From an uncultured Alphaproteobacteria bacterium (GTDB taxonomy: Bacteria; Pseudomonadota; Alphaproteobacteria; Rhizobiales; Xanthobacteraceae), in NCBI GenBank assembly GCA_963841705.1, contig CAWJDY010000043.1, forward strand, positions 41,163 to 105,162: DNA of 64,000 nt, given 5' to 3'. Under the pieces are notes generated by a model, which was not told where the DNA came from, did no database searches, and was given only the letters and a program-made list of their open reading frames with translations. Shown piece by piece: positions 52,666-63,948 of this stretch. The position numbers were made by a program, and so were the translations under genes. Every line of letters starts with the position of its first letter. Position 1 is the first letter of the stretch.

Positions 52666-53367
52666 ATGCCAACCATCGCTCTCGTCGACGACGACCGCAA
52701 TATCCTGACTTCGGTCTCCATCGCTCTCGAGGCCGAAGGTTATCGCATCATGACCTACACCGACGGAGCATCTGCGTTGGACGGGTTCAAGACAAGTCCG
52801 CCGGATCTCGCGATTCTCGACATCAAGATGCCGCGCATGGACGGAATGGAGACGTTGCGGCGCCTGCGCCAGAAGTCCGATATGCCCGTGATCTTTCTCA
52901 CCTCCAAGGACGAGGAGATTGATGAGTTGTTCGGACTCAAGATGGGCGCCGACGATTTCATCCGTAAACCCTTCTCGCAGCGGCTTCTGGTCGAACGGGT
53001 CAAAGCTATTTTGCGACGCTCGACGCCGAAAGACGGCAGCGCGCCAAAGGAGACCGATGCTGCAAAGGTGCTGGAGCGCGGGCTGTTGCGCATGGATCCC
53101 GAGCGTCACACCTGCACCTGGAAGAACGAGGCCGTGACGCTCACGGTCACTGAGTTCCTCATCCTGCAGGCGCTTGCAAGTCGGCCTGGGGTGGTCAAGA
53201 GCCGCAACGCTCTGATGGATGCAGCCTACGACGATCAGGTCTATGTCGATGACCGCACGATCGACAGCCATATCAAGCGTCTGCGGAAGAAATTCAAAGC
53301 AACGGACGACGATTTTGACATGATCGAAACGCTCTACGGCGTCGGCTATCGGTTCAAGGAGATGTAA
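52666..53367 (+). CDS. chvI: OmpR-family response regulator ChvI
   Basis: [28 protein letters not shown]...[17 protein letters not shown]... plus a winged-helix C-terminus. Lies in the conserved position between pckA and chvG. Confidence 0.92.
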   Translation: MPTIALVDDDRNILTSVSIALEAEGYRIMTYTDGASALDGFKTSPPDLAILDIKMPRMDGMETLRRLRQKSDMPVIFLTSKDEEIDELFGLKMGADDFIRKPFSQRLLVERVKAILRRSTPKDGSAPKETDAAKVLERGLLRMDPERHTCTWKNEAVTLTVTEFLILQALASRPGVVKSRNALMDAAYDDQVYVDDRTIDSHIKRLRKKFKATDDDFDMIETLYGVGYRFKEM

Positions 53368-53399
53368 GACCGCGACGAGTTGGCGCCAGCATATATGGG

Positions 53400-55244
53400 A
53401 TGGGCTGCTCCGCCGGACTGCGGTCCTGGCGGTCATTAGGGGCGCTCAATCAGCAGACTATCGTGCTTAATCGAACCCCACAGAGTTTAATCGGCTTGGC
53501 GGAGGTTCAGCCGCTCCACCGGGACGTTCCGCTTGCTGAAAAAGGCGGACGGGTTGTCGAGTTGTTGCGCCAAGGCTGGCACCTCTTCGTCCGCATCAGC
53601 TTCTCCAGCCTGACGCGCCGGATCATCTTCCTCAATGTGACCGGTCTGCTCGCTCTCGTCATCGGAGTGCTTTACCTCTCGCAATTCCGCGCCGGACTGA
53701 TCGACGCACGTATCCAGAGCCTGCTGGTGCAAGGCGAGATCATCGCCGGCGCAGTCGCAGCATCGGCGACCGCCGAGCCCGATACGATCACCATCGATCC
53801 CGAGCGGCTGCTGGAGCTGCAGGCAGGCGAAAGCTACGGTCCTCCGGACGAGGCGCTTTCAGGCCTCGAATTCCCGATCAATCCCGAACGGATCGGGCCG
53901 GTGTTGCGCAAGCTTGTTTCGCCGACCAACACGCGTGCCCGCATCTATGATCGCGACGGAGGGCTCGTTCTCGACAGCCGAAATCTCTACGACGTATTGC
54001 GCTTCGACCTCCCGCCACCTTCCCGGCTGAGCTTCCTGGATCGTGCCTATGTCACCGTGCGCACCTGGCTGACCCGGGGCACCCTGCCGTTCTATCACGA
54101 GATCGGCTCGCAGAACGGCAAGAGCTACGAGGAAGTGGAGAGAGCGCTCAAGGGCTTCAAGTCCAACATGGTCCGCATCAACGAGCGCGGCGAGGTGATC
54201 GTCTCCGTCGCGGTCCCGGTGCAACGCTTCCGCGCAGTGCGGGGCGCGCTGATGCTTTCGACCCAGGGCGCCGACATCGACAACATGGTCGGGAGCGAGC
54301 GTCTGGCGATCTTCAAGCTTTTCCTCATTGCAGCAGGGGTGATGGTAGTTCTCTCGTTCCTGCTGGCGGGAACAATCGCCGGCCCGGTGCGGCGGCTCGC
54401 GGAAAGCGCCCAGCTTGTGCGCCGGCGCATTCGTACTCGCGTGGAGATACCCGATCTCAGTCACCGGCGTGACGAGATCGGGCACCTCTCCGGCTCGCTT
54501 CGGGATATGACCGATGCGCTCTACAACCGCATCGAGGCGATCGAGCGCTTTGCCGCTGACGTCGCCCATGAGCTGAAGAATCCGCTGACGTCATTGCGTT
54601 CGGCAGTCGAAACCTTGCCGCTCGCCAGGACCGACGACAGCCGGGGACGGCTTCTTGCCGTGATCCAGCACGATGTGAAGCGCCTTGACCGTCTGATTTC
54701 GGACATCTCGGACGCAAGCCGCCTGGATGCGGAAATGCAGCGGCATGAGGCGCAGCCGGTCGATCTCGTGAAGCTTCTCACCACCGTGGTCAACGTCACC
54801 AAGGAGCGCCACGACGACGGCGTGAGCGTCAATCTGCGATTTGAGGGAGCACGGCCCGATGGATTCCTCATAATGGGCCATGACTTCCGGCTCGGCCAGG
54901 TAGTCGATAATCTGATCGATAATGCTCGATCGTTTTCCTCCCCCGGCAGCGCGGTAAACGTCGTTTGCCGGCGATCCAAGAACGACATCGACATCATCGT
55001 CGAGGACGACGGTCCGGGGGTGCCACCGGAATCCATGGAGATGATCTTCGAGCGGTTCTACACGCATCGACCGCATCAGGCCTTCGGGCAAAACTCGGGG
55101 CTCGGCCTGTCGATCTCCAAACAAATCGCCGAAGCGCATGATGGCCGCGTCTGGGCGGAGAACCGACAAGTTCTGGCCTCGGCGACAGATGAGCCGCCGC
55201 AAATTAGAGGGGCTCGATTTACGGTGCGCTTGCCGGCCATGTAA
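53400..55244 (+). CDS. chvG: sensor histidine kinase ChvG (ExoS-type); start uncertain
   Basis: Two TM segments flank a periplasmic domain. HAMP, H-box AADVAHELKNPLTSL, N/G boxes (VVDNLIDNARSF, DDGPGVP, GLGLSISKQIAEAH). Confidence 0.9.
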   Translation: MGCSAGLRSWRSLGALNQQTIVLNRTPQSLIGLAEVQPLHRDVPLAEKGGRVVELLRQGWHLFVRISFSSLTRRIIFLNVTGLLALVIGVLYLSQFRAGLIDARIQSLLVQGEIIAGAVAASATAEPDTITIDPERLLELQAGESYGPPDEALSGLEFPINPERIGPVLRKLVSPTNTRARIYDRDGGLVLDSRNLYDVLRFDLPPPSRLSFLDRAYVTVRTWLTRGTLPFYHEIGSQNGKSYEEVERALKGFKSNMVRINERGEVIVSVAVPVQRFRAVRGALMLSTQGADIDNMVGSERLAIFKLFLIAAGVMVVLSFLLAGTIAGPVRRLAESAQLVRRRIRTRVEIPDLSHRRDEIGHLSGSLRDMTDALYNRIEAIERFAADVAHELKNPLTSLRSAVETLPLARTDDSRGRLLAVIQHDVKRLDRLISDISDASRLDAEMQRHEAQPVDLVKLLTTVVNVTKERHDDGVSVNLRFEGARPDGFLIMGHDFRLGQVVDNLIDNARSFSSPGSAVNVVCRRSKNDIDIIVEDDGPGVPPESMEMIFERFYTHRPHQAFGQNSGLGLSISKQIAEAHDGRVWAENRQVLASATDEPPQIRGARFTVRLPAM

Positions 55245-55681
55245 TGTCTGGCGAGGTGTCGACGGTGCACGGCTCGGCCGTGCTTACGGGTGCCCGCGCT
55301 GTGCTCATTCGCGGACCATCCGGAGCAGGGAAGTCGAGTTTGGCGCTTTCCCTCATTGGCGCCGCACATACAGGCCTGCTTCGGTTTGCACGCTTGGTGG
55401 GGGATGATCGCCTGCATCTTTCAGCCTGCAACGGGCGGCTGTTGGTGCGGCCGGTGGCGGCCTTGGCGGGATTGATCGAAGTGCGAGGATTGGGCGTTCG
55501 CAAACTGGACTATGAGACGCGGGCCGTGGTCGGGCTCGTGGTTGATCTCTCCGCCAGTGATGCCGAGCGGCTCCCCAGCCCAGGCACTGCCGTTCTCGAA
55601 GGAATTTCCGTGCCGCGGCTAGCGATCGCGGTGCAAGCAGCCCCCCTGCAAGTGGTGATGGCTTCAATTCATACTGTTTAA
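55244..55681 (+). CDS. hprK: HPr kinase/phosphorylase, short alphaproteobacterial form (C-terminal domain only)
   Basis: 145-aa ORF with P-loop GPSGAGKSS and LIEVRGLG. Confidence 0.88.
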   Translation: MSGEVSTVHGSAVLTGARAVLIRGPSGAGKSSLALSLIGAAHTGLLRFARLVGDDRLHLSACNGRLLVRPVAALAGLIEVRGLGVRKLDYETRAVVGLVVDLSASDAERLPSPGTAVLEGISVPRLAIAVQAAPLQVVMASIHTV

Positions 55682-55916
55682 CCTTAAATTTCAGTCAACA
55701 AAGCTTGCACAACGCACTGAAGGTACAGAAGTAATCCACCATCGGAAAGGTGGCCGCCTAGGCCTCCCTGCGTTCCGAGGCTGCGAGGGCGACCCCTCTG
55801 ACTGCAATGCAACACCTCCTCATAATCACGAAAAAGGCCCTTGCGCAGGGCCTTGGGATGCTCATCATGAGCGCCCTTTCGTGCGGTGCAACCTGCATCG
55901 GTTCGGGGCGAGTGCG

Positions 55917-56318
55917 ATGATTGGTGTCGTTCTGGTCACCCACGGGCGGCTGGCCATCGAGTTTCGCTCCGCGCTGGAGCATGTGGTGGGCCCGCAATCC
56001 CAGATCGAGGCCGTGACCATCGGGCCCGATGACGACGTGGAGCAACGGCGCAAGGATATCATCGAAGCAGTCAAGCGCGTCGATAGCGGCGACGGTGTCG
56101 CTATTCTCACCGACATGTTCGGCGGTACCCCCTCAAATCTCGCAATCTCAGTGATGGGTCGTCCCAAGGTCGAAGTGCTCGCGGGCATCAATCTGCCCAT
56201 GCTGGTGAAGCTGGCCAAGGTTCGCGGCGAATGTCCGCTGCCGGACGCGGTTGCTGCTGCCCAGGACTCCGGCCGCAAATACATCACCATCGCCAGCCGG
56301 GTTCTGACCGGCAAATGA
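55917..56318 (+). CDS. PTS EIIA component, mannose family
   Basis: MIGVVLVTHGRLAIEF...LTDMFGGTPSN. Start trimmed to MIGVV. Confidence 0.88.
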   Translation: MIGVVLVTHGRLAIEFRSALEHVVGPQSQIEAVTIGPDDDVEQRRKDIIEAVKRVDSGDGVAILTDMFGGTPSNLAISVMGRPKVEVLAGINLPMLVKLAKVRGECPLPDAVAAAQDSGRKYITIASRVLTGK

Positions 56319-56644
56319 CCGAGACTGGTGGGGTCGGCGGATCCTCCTCTGAGACTGAGAGCGGCGACGGCGCCGCGGTGACCCGCGTGCTTGAGATCTG
56401 CAATAAGCGAGGATTGCACGCCCGCGCGTCGGCGAAATTCGTGCAAACGGTGGAGAAATTCGACGCCGACGTGAAGGTGAGGCGTGGGCAGGAGGTCGTG
56501 GGCGGCACCTCGATCATGGGACTCATGATGCTCGGAGCCGGGCCCGGCACCACCATCACGGTGGAAGCCACCGGAAGGGACGCGAACCAGGTGATTGAAG
56601 CTTTGGCTGCGCTGGTCAGCGGACGGTTTACCGAGCGGGATTGA
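56315..56644 (+). CDS. HPr-family phosphocarrier protein (NPr/HPr)
   Basis: ATGA overlap with the EIIA stop. ICNKRGLHARASAKFV active-site His region. N-terminal Gly/Ser-rich extension. Confidence 0.88.
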   Translation: MTETGGVGGSSSETESGDGAAVTRVLEICNKRGLHARASAKFVQTVEKFDADVKVRRGQEVVGGTSIMGLMMLGAGPGTTITVEATGRDANQVIEALAALVSGRFTERD

Positions 56645-56795
56645 TCCTTCGTCAGGCCGCCTGCGCAAGCACGTTTGCGGCCACACATAAAGCGATCTTT
56701 ATGCGTTCGTTGCGCGGGTTGGCGCGTCCTGCTATAGCCCGACCTCGGAACGCAAATGCCTTCGGCACACGTCTCTTCCACATCTAAGGACAGTC

Positions 56796-58235
56796 ATGAA
56801 AGCTGCAGCGAAAGCCGGAACCGCGGCTGGATCGAAGCCCGCCACCGACTATGTGGTGAAAGACATCAGCCTCGCGGAATGGGGCCGCAAGGAAATAGCC
56901 ATTGCCGAAACCGAGATGCCGGGTCTGATGGCGACCCGCGAGGAGTTTGGCCCGGAGCAGCCGCTGCGCGGCGCCCGCATCTGCGGCTCGCTCCACATGA
57001 CAATTCAGACCGCGGTGCTCATCGAGACGCTCAAATCGCTCGGAGCCGATGTGCGCTGGGCCTCATGTAATATCTACTCGACCCAGGACCATGCGGCCGC
57101 GGCCGTTGCAGCGAGCGGCACTCCGGTGTTCGCGATCAAAGGTGAAACTCTCAAGGACTACTGGGAGTACCAGCATCGCATTTTCGAGTGGGGGGACGGC
57201 GGCGCGCCCAACATGGTTCTTGACGACGGCGGCGACGCAACCCTGCTCATCCATCTCGGCCTGCGCGCCGAGCGCGGCGAGACCGGTTTGATCAGCAAAC
57301 CGGCGAATGAGGAAGAAGAAGTGCTGTTTGCGGCGATCAAGCAGCGTCTGAAAGACAAGCCGGGCTGGTACAAGAAGAATGCCGAGTGCATTCGCGGCGT
57401 CACCGAAGAGACCACGACCGGCGTGCACCGCCTCTACGAGATGCAGAAGAAGGGCACTCTGCTGTGGCCGGCAATCAATGTAAACGACAGCGTCACCAAA
57501 TCGAAATTCGACAACCTCTACGGCTGCCGAGAGTTGCTGGTCGACGGCATACGCCGCGGCACGGACGTGATGATGGCGGGAAAGGTGGCCATGGTGGCCG
57601 GGTTCGGGGACGTGGGCAAGGGCTCTGCCGCCTCCCTGCGCCAGGCCGGATGTCGCGTCATGGTTGCCGAGATCGATCCCATCTGCGCCCTGCAGGCCGC
57701 GATGGAGGGCTATGAGGTGACGACCATGGACGACGCTGCCCCGCGCGCCGACATCTTCGTTACGGCAACCGGCAATCTCGACGTGATCACCATCGAGCAC
57801 ATGCGCAAGATGAAGGACCGCGCTATCGTCGCCAATATCGGCCATTTCGACAGCGAGATCCAGGTCGCCGCGCTGCGCAATATGAAATGGCACAATGTGA
57901 AGCCGCAGGTCGATGAGATCGAATTCCCGGACGGGAAGAGGATCATTCTCCTCTCCGAGGGTCGGCTGGTGAATCTAGGCAATGCCATGGGCCACCCGAG
58001 CTTCGTGATGTCGTCCTCGTTCACAAATCAGGTCCTGGCGCAGATGGAGCTGTGGGGGAACCCGAGCAAATACGAGAAGAAGGTCTACACGCTTCCCAAG
58101 CAGCTCGACGAAAAGGTCGCCCGGCTGCATCTTGCCAAGATCGGCGTCAAGCTCACCAAGATGACGGATCGACAGGCGAGCTATATCGGCGTCCCAGTCG
58201 AAGGCCCGTACAAATCCGATCACTACCGGTACTGA
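56796..58235 (+). CDS. ahcY: adenosylhomocysteinase
   Basis: 479-aa [31 protein letters not shown]...[10 protein letters not shown]...SDHYRY. Confidence 0.96.
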   Translation: MKAAAKAGTAAGSKPATDYVVKDISLAEWGRKEIAIAETEMPGLMATREEFGPEQPLRGARICGSLHMTIQTAVLIETLKSLGADVRWASCNIYSTQDHAAAAVAASGTPVFAIKGETLKDYWEYQHRIFEWGDGGAPNMVLDDGGDATLLIHLGLRAERGETGLISKPANEEEEVLFAAIKQRLKDKPGWYKKNAECIRGVTEETTTGVHRLYEMQKKGTLLWPAINVNDSVTKSKFDNLYGCRELLVDGIRRGTDVMMAGKVAMVAGFGDVGKGSAASLRQAGCRVMVAEIDPICALQAAMEGYEVTTMDDAAPRADIFVTATGNLDVITIEHMRKMKDRAIVANIGHFDSEIQVAALRNMKWHNVKPQVDEIEFPDGKRIILLSEGRLVNLGNAMGHPSFVMSSSFTNQVLAQMELWGNPSKYEKKVYTLPKQLDEKVARLHLAKIGVKLTKMTDRQASYIGVPVEGPYKSDHYRY

Positions 58236-58345
58236 TCCAACCGCTGGTGGCGCGACCCTAAGCACGATCTCACATACAGCCAACGATCGTCATGAGGCGG
58301 CAGCCACGCCGGTCAGGGCAAGGCTCAGGTCGTCAGTAGCTCGCG

Positions 58346-58642
58346 TCAACGACCAGGTGCATAGCGTCCCCTGGATACGCGCTCCAGACGTTTCATTCGC
58401 TCCCGGCGCATGGCCCGGATTTCTGCCACCGAACTGACCCGGGCGCGCGGCAGTTCTCCCCGCTTCAATCGTTCCAGCTGGCGCCTCGCCCATTCCCGCC
58501 CTCGCTCCTGCCAGTCGTCGGAATAGGTCGAAGCAAGGAGCCGCCTGATCTCCTCTTCCATCGATGCGCCATGATCCGCCGCGCGACGTTTGATCGAATT
58601 GACCACGGCATCGTCCAGGTTACGGATGGTGATGGCGCCCAT
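58346..58642 (-). CDS. FitA-like ribbon-helix-helix antitoxin domain protein (no cognate toxin gene adjacent)
   Basis: MGAITIRNLDDAVVNSIKRRAADHGASMEEEIRRLLASTY... is the FitA/VapB-type RHH N-terminus, followed by a basic C-terminal half. Confidence 0.7.
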   Translation of the reverse strand: MGAITIRNLDDAVVNSIKRRAADHGASMEEEIRRLLASTYSDDWQERGREWARRQLERLKRGELPRARVSSVAEIRAMRRERMKRLERVSRGRYAPGR

Positions 58643-58872
58643 GAGCCCTCCTAGCGGGTGCTGGCAATGCCTAGCAGAGTGGCGCGGTTACCGACAACGG
58701 CCAGCAGTCAGGACGACGGGTCGGGACGGCCGAAACGAGCGGAGGGCACACGCCGGTGCCCGCCGCCCCCATGGCGTGAGGAGCCGAACAGCGCCATATT
58801 AGCCCGGAAACCCTCTTTGCCATTGGTTTGCCGCATCGCCGCGCGATGCTGCGTGCCATCCGGGAGCAGCCG

Positions 58873-59664
58873 ATGTGCCGCTGGATTGCCTATCGCGGCG
58901 AGACCATTCCGCTGGAGGAGTACGTAACTGCGCCGGCGCACTCGCTCGTGGTGCAGAGCCAAAGGGCGCTGGAATCGACCGCCTCCACCAACGGCGACGG
59001 CTTCGGCATGGGCTGGTACGGCGAGCATGCGGAGCCGGGGCTTTACCGCGAGGTACGGCCCGCCTGGTCGGATGAGAACCTGCGCTATCTCTGCCGCCAC
59101 ATCCGTTCGCATCTTTATTTTGCGCATGTGCGCGCCGCCACCGGCACACCGGTCATGCGCCCGAATTGCCATCCCTTTGCCTGCGGGCGGTGGCTGTTCA
59201 TGCACAATGGCGTCATCGGCAACTGGTCGCGCTTGCGACGCAGGGTGGAAGGCCTCATTCCCGATGCGGTCTACGGCTCGCGCATCGGGACTACCGATTC
59301 GGAGGCGGTCTTTCTCGCCATCATGGGTGCAGGCGGCGAGCGTGATCCGGTCGGCGCCACCACGCAGGTGCTTGCGACCCTTGCCGACATGGTGACCACC
59401 AAGGATTACAAGGAACCGCTGCGCTTCACGGCGGCGCTGGCCAACGGCCACGATCTCTATGCATTTCGCTACGCCGCCAATGACCAGGCCAATTCGCTGT
59501 ATTACCGCGAATCCTCCGGTAACGTGGTCGTCGTGTCCGAGCCGCTCGACGATCAGCGAGCGCACTGGAAGCCGGTGCCGCCCGGCTATGCCGTGATTGC
59601 CCAAGGGGAAAAGCCGGTGAAACTCGAGCCCTTGTGCATCGAGCAGCGCATCGCCGCGGAATAA
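58873..59664 (+). CDS. class II (Ntn) glutamine amidotransferase domain protein
   Basis: Starts MCRWIAYRG (Cys2 nucleophile), then NGDGFGMGWY, HVRAATG, NCHPF. Confidence 0.8.
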   Translation: MCRWIAYRGETIPLEEYVTAPAHSLVVQSQRALESTASTNGDGFGMGWYGEHAEPGLYREVRPAWSDENLRYLCRHIRSHLYFAHVRAATGTPVMRPNCHPFACGRWLFMHNGVIGNWSRLRRRVEGLIPDAVYGSRIGTTDSEAVFLAIMGAGGERDPVGATTQVLATLADMVTTKDYKEPLRFTAALANGHDLYAFRYAANDQANSLYYRESSGNVVVVSEPLDDQRAHWKPVPPGYAVIAQGEKPVKLEPLCIEQRIAAE

Positions 59665-59689
59665 GCATTCATGCTGCCGATATCAGATA

Positions 59690-59838
59690 CCTCGCCCTGC
59701 AAAGGGGAGGTCGCCCCCATTTGCCCCGGCCTTGCGCCGGGGCAAATGCCGTCGGGTAGGGGTTGCGACCATCGGCGTTGGTGTTTGACCCCTACCCGGC
59801 TCGCGCTGCTCGCCGAGCTCCGCGTTTCAGGCGGAGGC
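59690..59838. repeat. degenerate copy of repeat family R1
   Basis: CCTCGCCCTGCAAAGGGGAGG..CATTTGCCCCGGCCTTGCGCCGGGGCAAATGCCGTCGGGTAGGGG..CCCCTACCC..CTCCGCGTTTCAGGCGGAGG. Confidence 0.7.
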
Positions 59839-59901
59839 AGCGCGGAACAAATTCGTGCGAATCTTGCCGGCTCATAAGGCGGGTGCTAGGGCGCCAACGC
59901 A

Positions 59902-61704
59902 ATGCAAGCGGCCATCGAAAACATCCGCAATTTCTCGATCATTGCGCACATCGACCATGGCAAATCCACGCTCGCCGATCGGTTGATCCAGGCAACCGGG
60001 GCGCTCGCGGATCGCGAGATGGTCGAGCAGGTGCTCAATTCGATGGACATCGAGCGCGAACGCGGCATCACCATCAAGGCGCAGACGGTTCGCCTCAATT
60101 ATCGTGCCCGCGACGGCAAGACCTACGTGCTCAATCTGATCGACACGCCCGGCCATGTCGATTTTGCCTATGAGGTCAACCGCAGCCTCGCCGCGTGCGA
60201 AGGCTCGCTGCTGGTGGTCGACGCTTCGCAAGGGGTCGAAGCGCAGACCCTCGCCAACGTCTACCAGGCGATCGAGAACAATCACGAAGTCGTCCCGGTC
60301 CTCAACAAAGTCGACCTGCCGGCGGCCGAGCCCGAGAAGGTGAAGCAGCAGATCGAGGACGTGATCGGGCTCGACGCTTCGAACGCGATTCTCATTTCGG
60401 CGAAGACCGGAGAGAACGTGCCGGAAGTGCTCGAAGGCATCGTGCACCGGCTGCCGCCGCCTCGCGGCGATCGCGAGGCGACGCTCAAGGCGCTGCTGGT
60501 GGACAGCTGGTACAACTCGTATCTCGGAGTGGTCGTCCTCCTGCGCGTCGTGGACGGCGTGCTTGGCAAGGGCCAGCGCGTCCGCCTGATGGGGACCGGC
60601 GCCGCTTATGAAGTCGATCGGATCGGGGTGTTCACGCCGAAAATGGTTGACGTGGAGGAGCTTGGCCCCGGCGAGATTGGCTTTCTCACCGCCTCGATCA
60701 AGCAGGTGGCCGACACCCGCGTCGGGGACACCATCACCGATGACAGAAAGCCGGTTCAAGACCCGCTACCGGGTTTTCGCCCCGCCGTGCCGGTCGTCTT
60801 CTGCGGATTGTTTCCGGTGGATGCCGCGCAGTTCGAGGATCTGCGCGCCGCCACGGGCAAGCTGCGGCTCAACGATGCGAGCTTTACCTTCGAGATGGAG
60901 ACCTCTGCTGCGCTCGGGTTTGGCTTCCGCTGCGGGTTTCTGGGGCTGCTGCACCTGGAAATCATCCAGGAGCGGCTCGAGCGCGAATTCAACCTCGATC
61001 TGATCGCCACAGCGCCGTCGGTTATCTACAAGATTCTGCTGACCAGCGGGAAACGGATCGAGATCCACAATCCCGTCGACATGCCCGACCCGGTGCAGGT
61101 CGAGGAAGTGCATGAGCCGTGGATTCGCGCCACGATTCTCACCCCGGACGAGTATCTCGGCAGCGTGCTGAAGCTCTGTCAGGATCGGCGCGGCGTTCAG
61201 GTTGAGCTCACCTATGTGGGCAACCGCGCGATGGTGAAATATGACCTTCCCCTCAACGAAGTGGTGTTTGATTTCTATGACCGTCTGAAATCCGTCTCGC
61301 GAGGCTACGCGTCCTTCGATTATCAGCTCACCGATTTCAAGCCGGCCGACCTTGTGAAGATGCAGATCCTGGTGAACGGCGAGCCGGTCGATGCGCTGGC
61401 GATGCTGGTGCACCGCACGCGGGCGGAAAGCCGTGGCCGTGCCATGGTGGAAAAGCTCAAGGAGCTTATCCCGCCGCATATGTTTCAAGTGCCGATCCAG
61501 GCGGCCATCGGCGGCAAGATCATTGCGCGCGAGACGGTGCGCGCGTTTCGCAAGGACGTGACGGCGAAATGCTACGGCGGCGACGTGACGCGCAAGCGCA
61601 AGCTCCTGGAGAAGCAAAAGGAAGGCAAGAAGCGCATGCGCCAGTTCGGCAAAGTGGAGATTCCGCAGGAGGCCTTCATCGCCGCGCTCAAGGTGGACGT
61701 TTGA
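59902..61704 (+). CDS. lepA: translation elongation factor 4 (LepA)
   Basis: 600-aa [24 protein letters not shown]...DTPGHVDF...NKVDL plus the LepA C-terminal domain. Confidence 0.96.
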   Translation: MQAAIENIRNFSIIAHIDHGKSTLADRLIQATGALADREMVEQVLNSMDIERERGITIKAQTVRLNYRARDGKTYVLNLIDTPGHVDFAYEVNRSLAACEGSLLVVDASQGVEAQTLANVYQAIENNHEVVPVLNKVDLPAAEPEKVKQQIEDVIGLDASNAILISAKTGENVPEVLEGIVHRLPPPRGDREATLKALLVDSWYNSYLGVVVLLRVVDGVLGKGQRVRLMGTGAAYEVDRIGVFTPKMVDVEELGPGEIGFLTASIKQVADTRVGDTITDDRKPVQDPLPGFRPAVPVVFCGLFPVDAAQFEDLRAATGKLRLNDASFTFEMETSAALGFGFRCGFLGLLHLEIIQERLEREFNLDLIATAPSVIYKILLTSGKRIEIHNPVDMPDPVQVEEVHEPWIRATILTPDEYLGSVLKLCQDRRGVQVELTYVGNRAMVKYDLPLNEVVFDFYDRLKSVSRGYASFDYQLTDFKPADLVKMQILVNGEPVDALAMLVHRTRAESRGRAMVEKLKELIPPHMFQVPIQAAIGGKIIARETVRAFRKDVTAKCYGGDVTRKRKLLEKQKEGKKRMRQFGKVEIPQEAFIAALKVDV

Positions 61705-61713
61705 GCCCACCAT

Positions 61714-61747
61714 GTAGCGGGGCCGGTTTCAAACCGGTCCCTGCGGC
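61714..61747. repeat. REP unit (GTAGNGGGNCGGTTTCAAACC type)
   Basis: GTAGCGGGGCCGGTTTCAAACCGGTCCCTGCGGC hairpin just after the lepA stop. Confidence 0.6.
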
Positions 61748-61862
61748 ACGCCTCCCACAGTTTGAACTCGTGCGCGTTCCGGAGTTCCCGCTTGCTGCCC
61801 TTCTTTGGGCCAAATCGCCCAATTACTTGCGTCAGCAATTATCGGGGACATCGGGGACAAGC

Positions 61863-62819
61863 ATGACACCTTGGCGCGCCTTCGTGCCCAGCTCTGCCTG
61901 GCGCACCGCTGTGCTCGCGGCTTTTACGCTGATCTTGGCGGTAAGCTCAGCGCCTGCACAGGACAAAGGGAGGCTGAAAGCCGACCCGCTGCCGCCGCTC
62001 GCTCACCCGGAAGATCCGAGCACCCCCGCCAAGGAGCTCTTCGGCCGCAAGACTGCACCCCTTCCCACGGCAGCCCACACCATCGGCTTCTACTCCCACG
62101 GCTGTATTGCTGGTGCCAAGGCACTCCCGATCAACGGCAAGACGTGGCAGGTGATGCGCCTCTCCCGCAACCGCAACTGGGGGCACCCGAACCTCGTGAA
62201 ATTTCTTGAGCGCCTGGCCAGCCAGGCGCCAAAGACGGGCTGGCGCGGCCTTCTGGTCGGCGACATGTCGCAGCCGCGCGGCGGGCCAATGCGCACGGGG
62301 CACGCGAGTCATCAGGTAGGACTCGACGCCGACATCTGGCTCACCCCGATGCCCGCGCGCGAACTGACCCGCACCGAGCGCGAAGATATGTCGGCGACCA
62401 TGGTGGTCGCGGAAGACCGCTTGGACGTGGATCCCAATGTATGGACCCCAGCGCATGTTGCACTGATCAAAGCCGCCGCGCAGGATCCGGAGGTCATTCG
62501 CATCTTCGTCAATCCCGCGATCAAGCGCGCATTGTGCCGGGACGCCGGCCATGACCGCGCCTGGCTGAGCAAGGTTCGGCCGTGGTGGGGTCACGATTAT
62601 CACTTCCACGTGCGGATTCGCTGTCCCGCAGATAGTCCCGAGTGTCAGCCGCAGGAGCCGGTAGCCGCAGACGATGGCTGCAACGGCCAGGACCTCGACC
62701 ATTGGTTCACGGACGAGATCCTACACCCGCACCCCTCGCCCATTCCGCCGAAGACCAAGCCTCCGCTGCGCATGGCCGACCTGCCCGCCGCCTGCCGTCA
62801 GGTGCTGCTAGCACCTTAG
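61863..62819 (+). CDS. mepA: penicillin-insensitive murein endopeptidase
   Basis: Start at MTPWRAF with a signal peptide. MepA motifs GHASHQVGLDADIW and WWGHDYHFHVRIRCP. Confidence 0.9.
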   Translation: MTPWRAFVPSSAWRTAVLAAFTLILAVSSAPAQDKGRLKADPLPPLAHPEDPSTPAKELFGRKTAPLPTAAHTIGFYSHGCIAGAKALPINGKTWQVMRLSRNRNWGHPNLVKFLERLASQAPKTGWRGLLVGDMSQPRGGPMRTGHASHQVGLDADIWLTPMPARELTRTEREDMSATMVVAEDRLDVDPNVWTPAHVALIKAAAQDPEVIRIFVNPAIKRALCRDAGHDRAWLSKVRPWWGHDYHFHVRIRCPADSPECQPQEPVAADDGCNGQDLDHWFTDEILHPHPSPIPPKTKPPLRMADLPAACRQVLLAP

Positions 62820-62961
62820 CCCCCACCCGTACGTCTCTCCGTCACAGGCCAGGGCGCAAGCAAAAGCTGCAACCAGTTTGACGCTCCCTGTAAACAACAG
62901 GAAATTTAAAGGCCTTTTTCAGCCGCAGGTTGAACAGACAAAAGAGTGATGCAATTGCAAG

Positions 62962-63948
62962 CTACGCGAGCAACGATTGTCGCAGCACGTCGGGATTGAC
63001 CACGTTGATCGGTTTTCCCGCGGCGTAGGCCGTGATCTGATCGAAGATATCGCTGAACTGCACCTCGTATTCCTCGCGCGAGACGTAGCCGAGGTGCGGC
63101 GTGCACACCACGTTATCCATTTGGAGCAGGGGATGCTTGGTGTCGAGCATCGGCTCGTCTTCGTAGACATCGACCGCAGCGAGCCCCGGCCGTCCCGCGC
63201 GCAGCGCATCGACGAGCGCGCCGCGCTCGATCAGCGGCGCGCGGCTGGTATTGACGATAAGGGCGGTCGGTTTCATGCGCGTGAGATCGGCGGCAGTTAC
63301 GATCCCGCGGGTGGCATCGACGAGGCGCATGTGCAGCGAGATGACGTCGCATTCCTGGAAGAACGCCTCCTTGCCCGGTGGGGTCGCGTAGCCGTCCGCT
63401 CGCGCGCGGGCGAGTGAAGCTTCGCGTGCCCAAACGCACACGTTCATCCCGAACGCCCTGCCATAGCCGGCCACTACGCTGCCGATACGGCCGTAGCCAT
63501 AGACGCCTAACGTCTTGCCTCGCAGCGTGCTGCCGACCCCGATCTGCCAGTGGCCGGCTTTTAACGATGCCATCTGCTGCGGAATCCGGCGCATGGCTGC
63601 AAGGATGAGGCCCCAGGTGAGCTCGGCCGTGGCATAGGACGGCGTGCCCATGTGCAGGCTCGACGACACCACGATGCCTTGGCGCGTGCACGCGTCGACA
63701 TCTATGTGCGGATAGACGCTGCGCTGGCTGATGAGCTTGAGCGCGGGCAGGCGCTCGATCAGCGGGGCGCGGATCGCCGTGCGCTCGCGGATCAGCACGA
63801 GCGCCTGCGTGTCGCGCAATCGCTCCGCCAGGGCGTCGGTGTCCTGGACGTGATCGTTCCAGATCGTGATTTGGTGCCCGGTCAGTTTCTTGAAGCAGGC
63901 CAGCGTGCGAACGGTGTCGTGATAGTCGTCGAGAATGGTGATGTTCAT
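62962..63948 (-). CDS. D-isomer-specific 2-hydroxyacid dehydrogenase family protein
   Basis: 328-aa ORF. NAD fold [13 protein letters not shown], catalytic region SLHMRL..TRG.., [10 protein letters not shown]. Confidence 0.88.
   Translation of the reverse strand: MNITILDDYHDTVRTLACFKKLTGHQITIWNDHVQDTDALAERLRDTQALVLIRERTAIRAPLIERLPALKLISQRSVYPHIDVDACTRQGIVVSSSLHMGTPSYATAELTWGLILAAMRRIPQQMASLKAGHWQIGVGSTLRGKTLGVYGYGRIGSVVAGYGRAFGMNVCVWAREASLARARADGYATPPGKEAFFQECDVISLHMRLVDATRGIVTAADLTRMKPTALIVNTSRAPLIERGALVDALRAGRPGLAAVDVYEDEPMLDTKHPLLQMDNVVCTPHLGYVSREEYEVQFSDIFDQITAYAAGKPINVVNPDVLRQSLLA

Noticed and set aside
56645-56795. Possible SAH riboswitch or other leader element upstream of ahcY.
   Set aside because: I could not recognise the conserved SAH-riboswitch core or any convincing pseudoknot by eye. 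It needs an Rfam scan before any claim.
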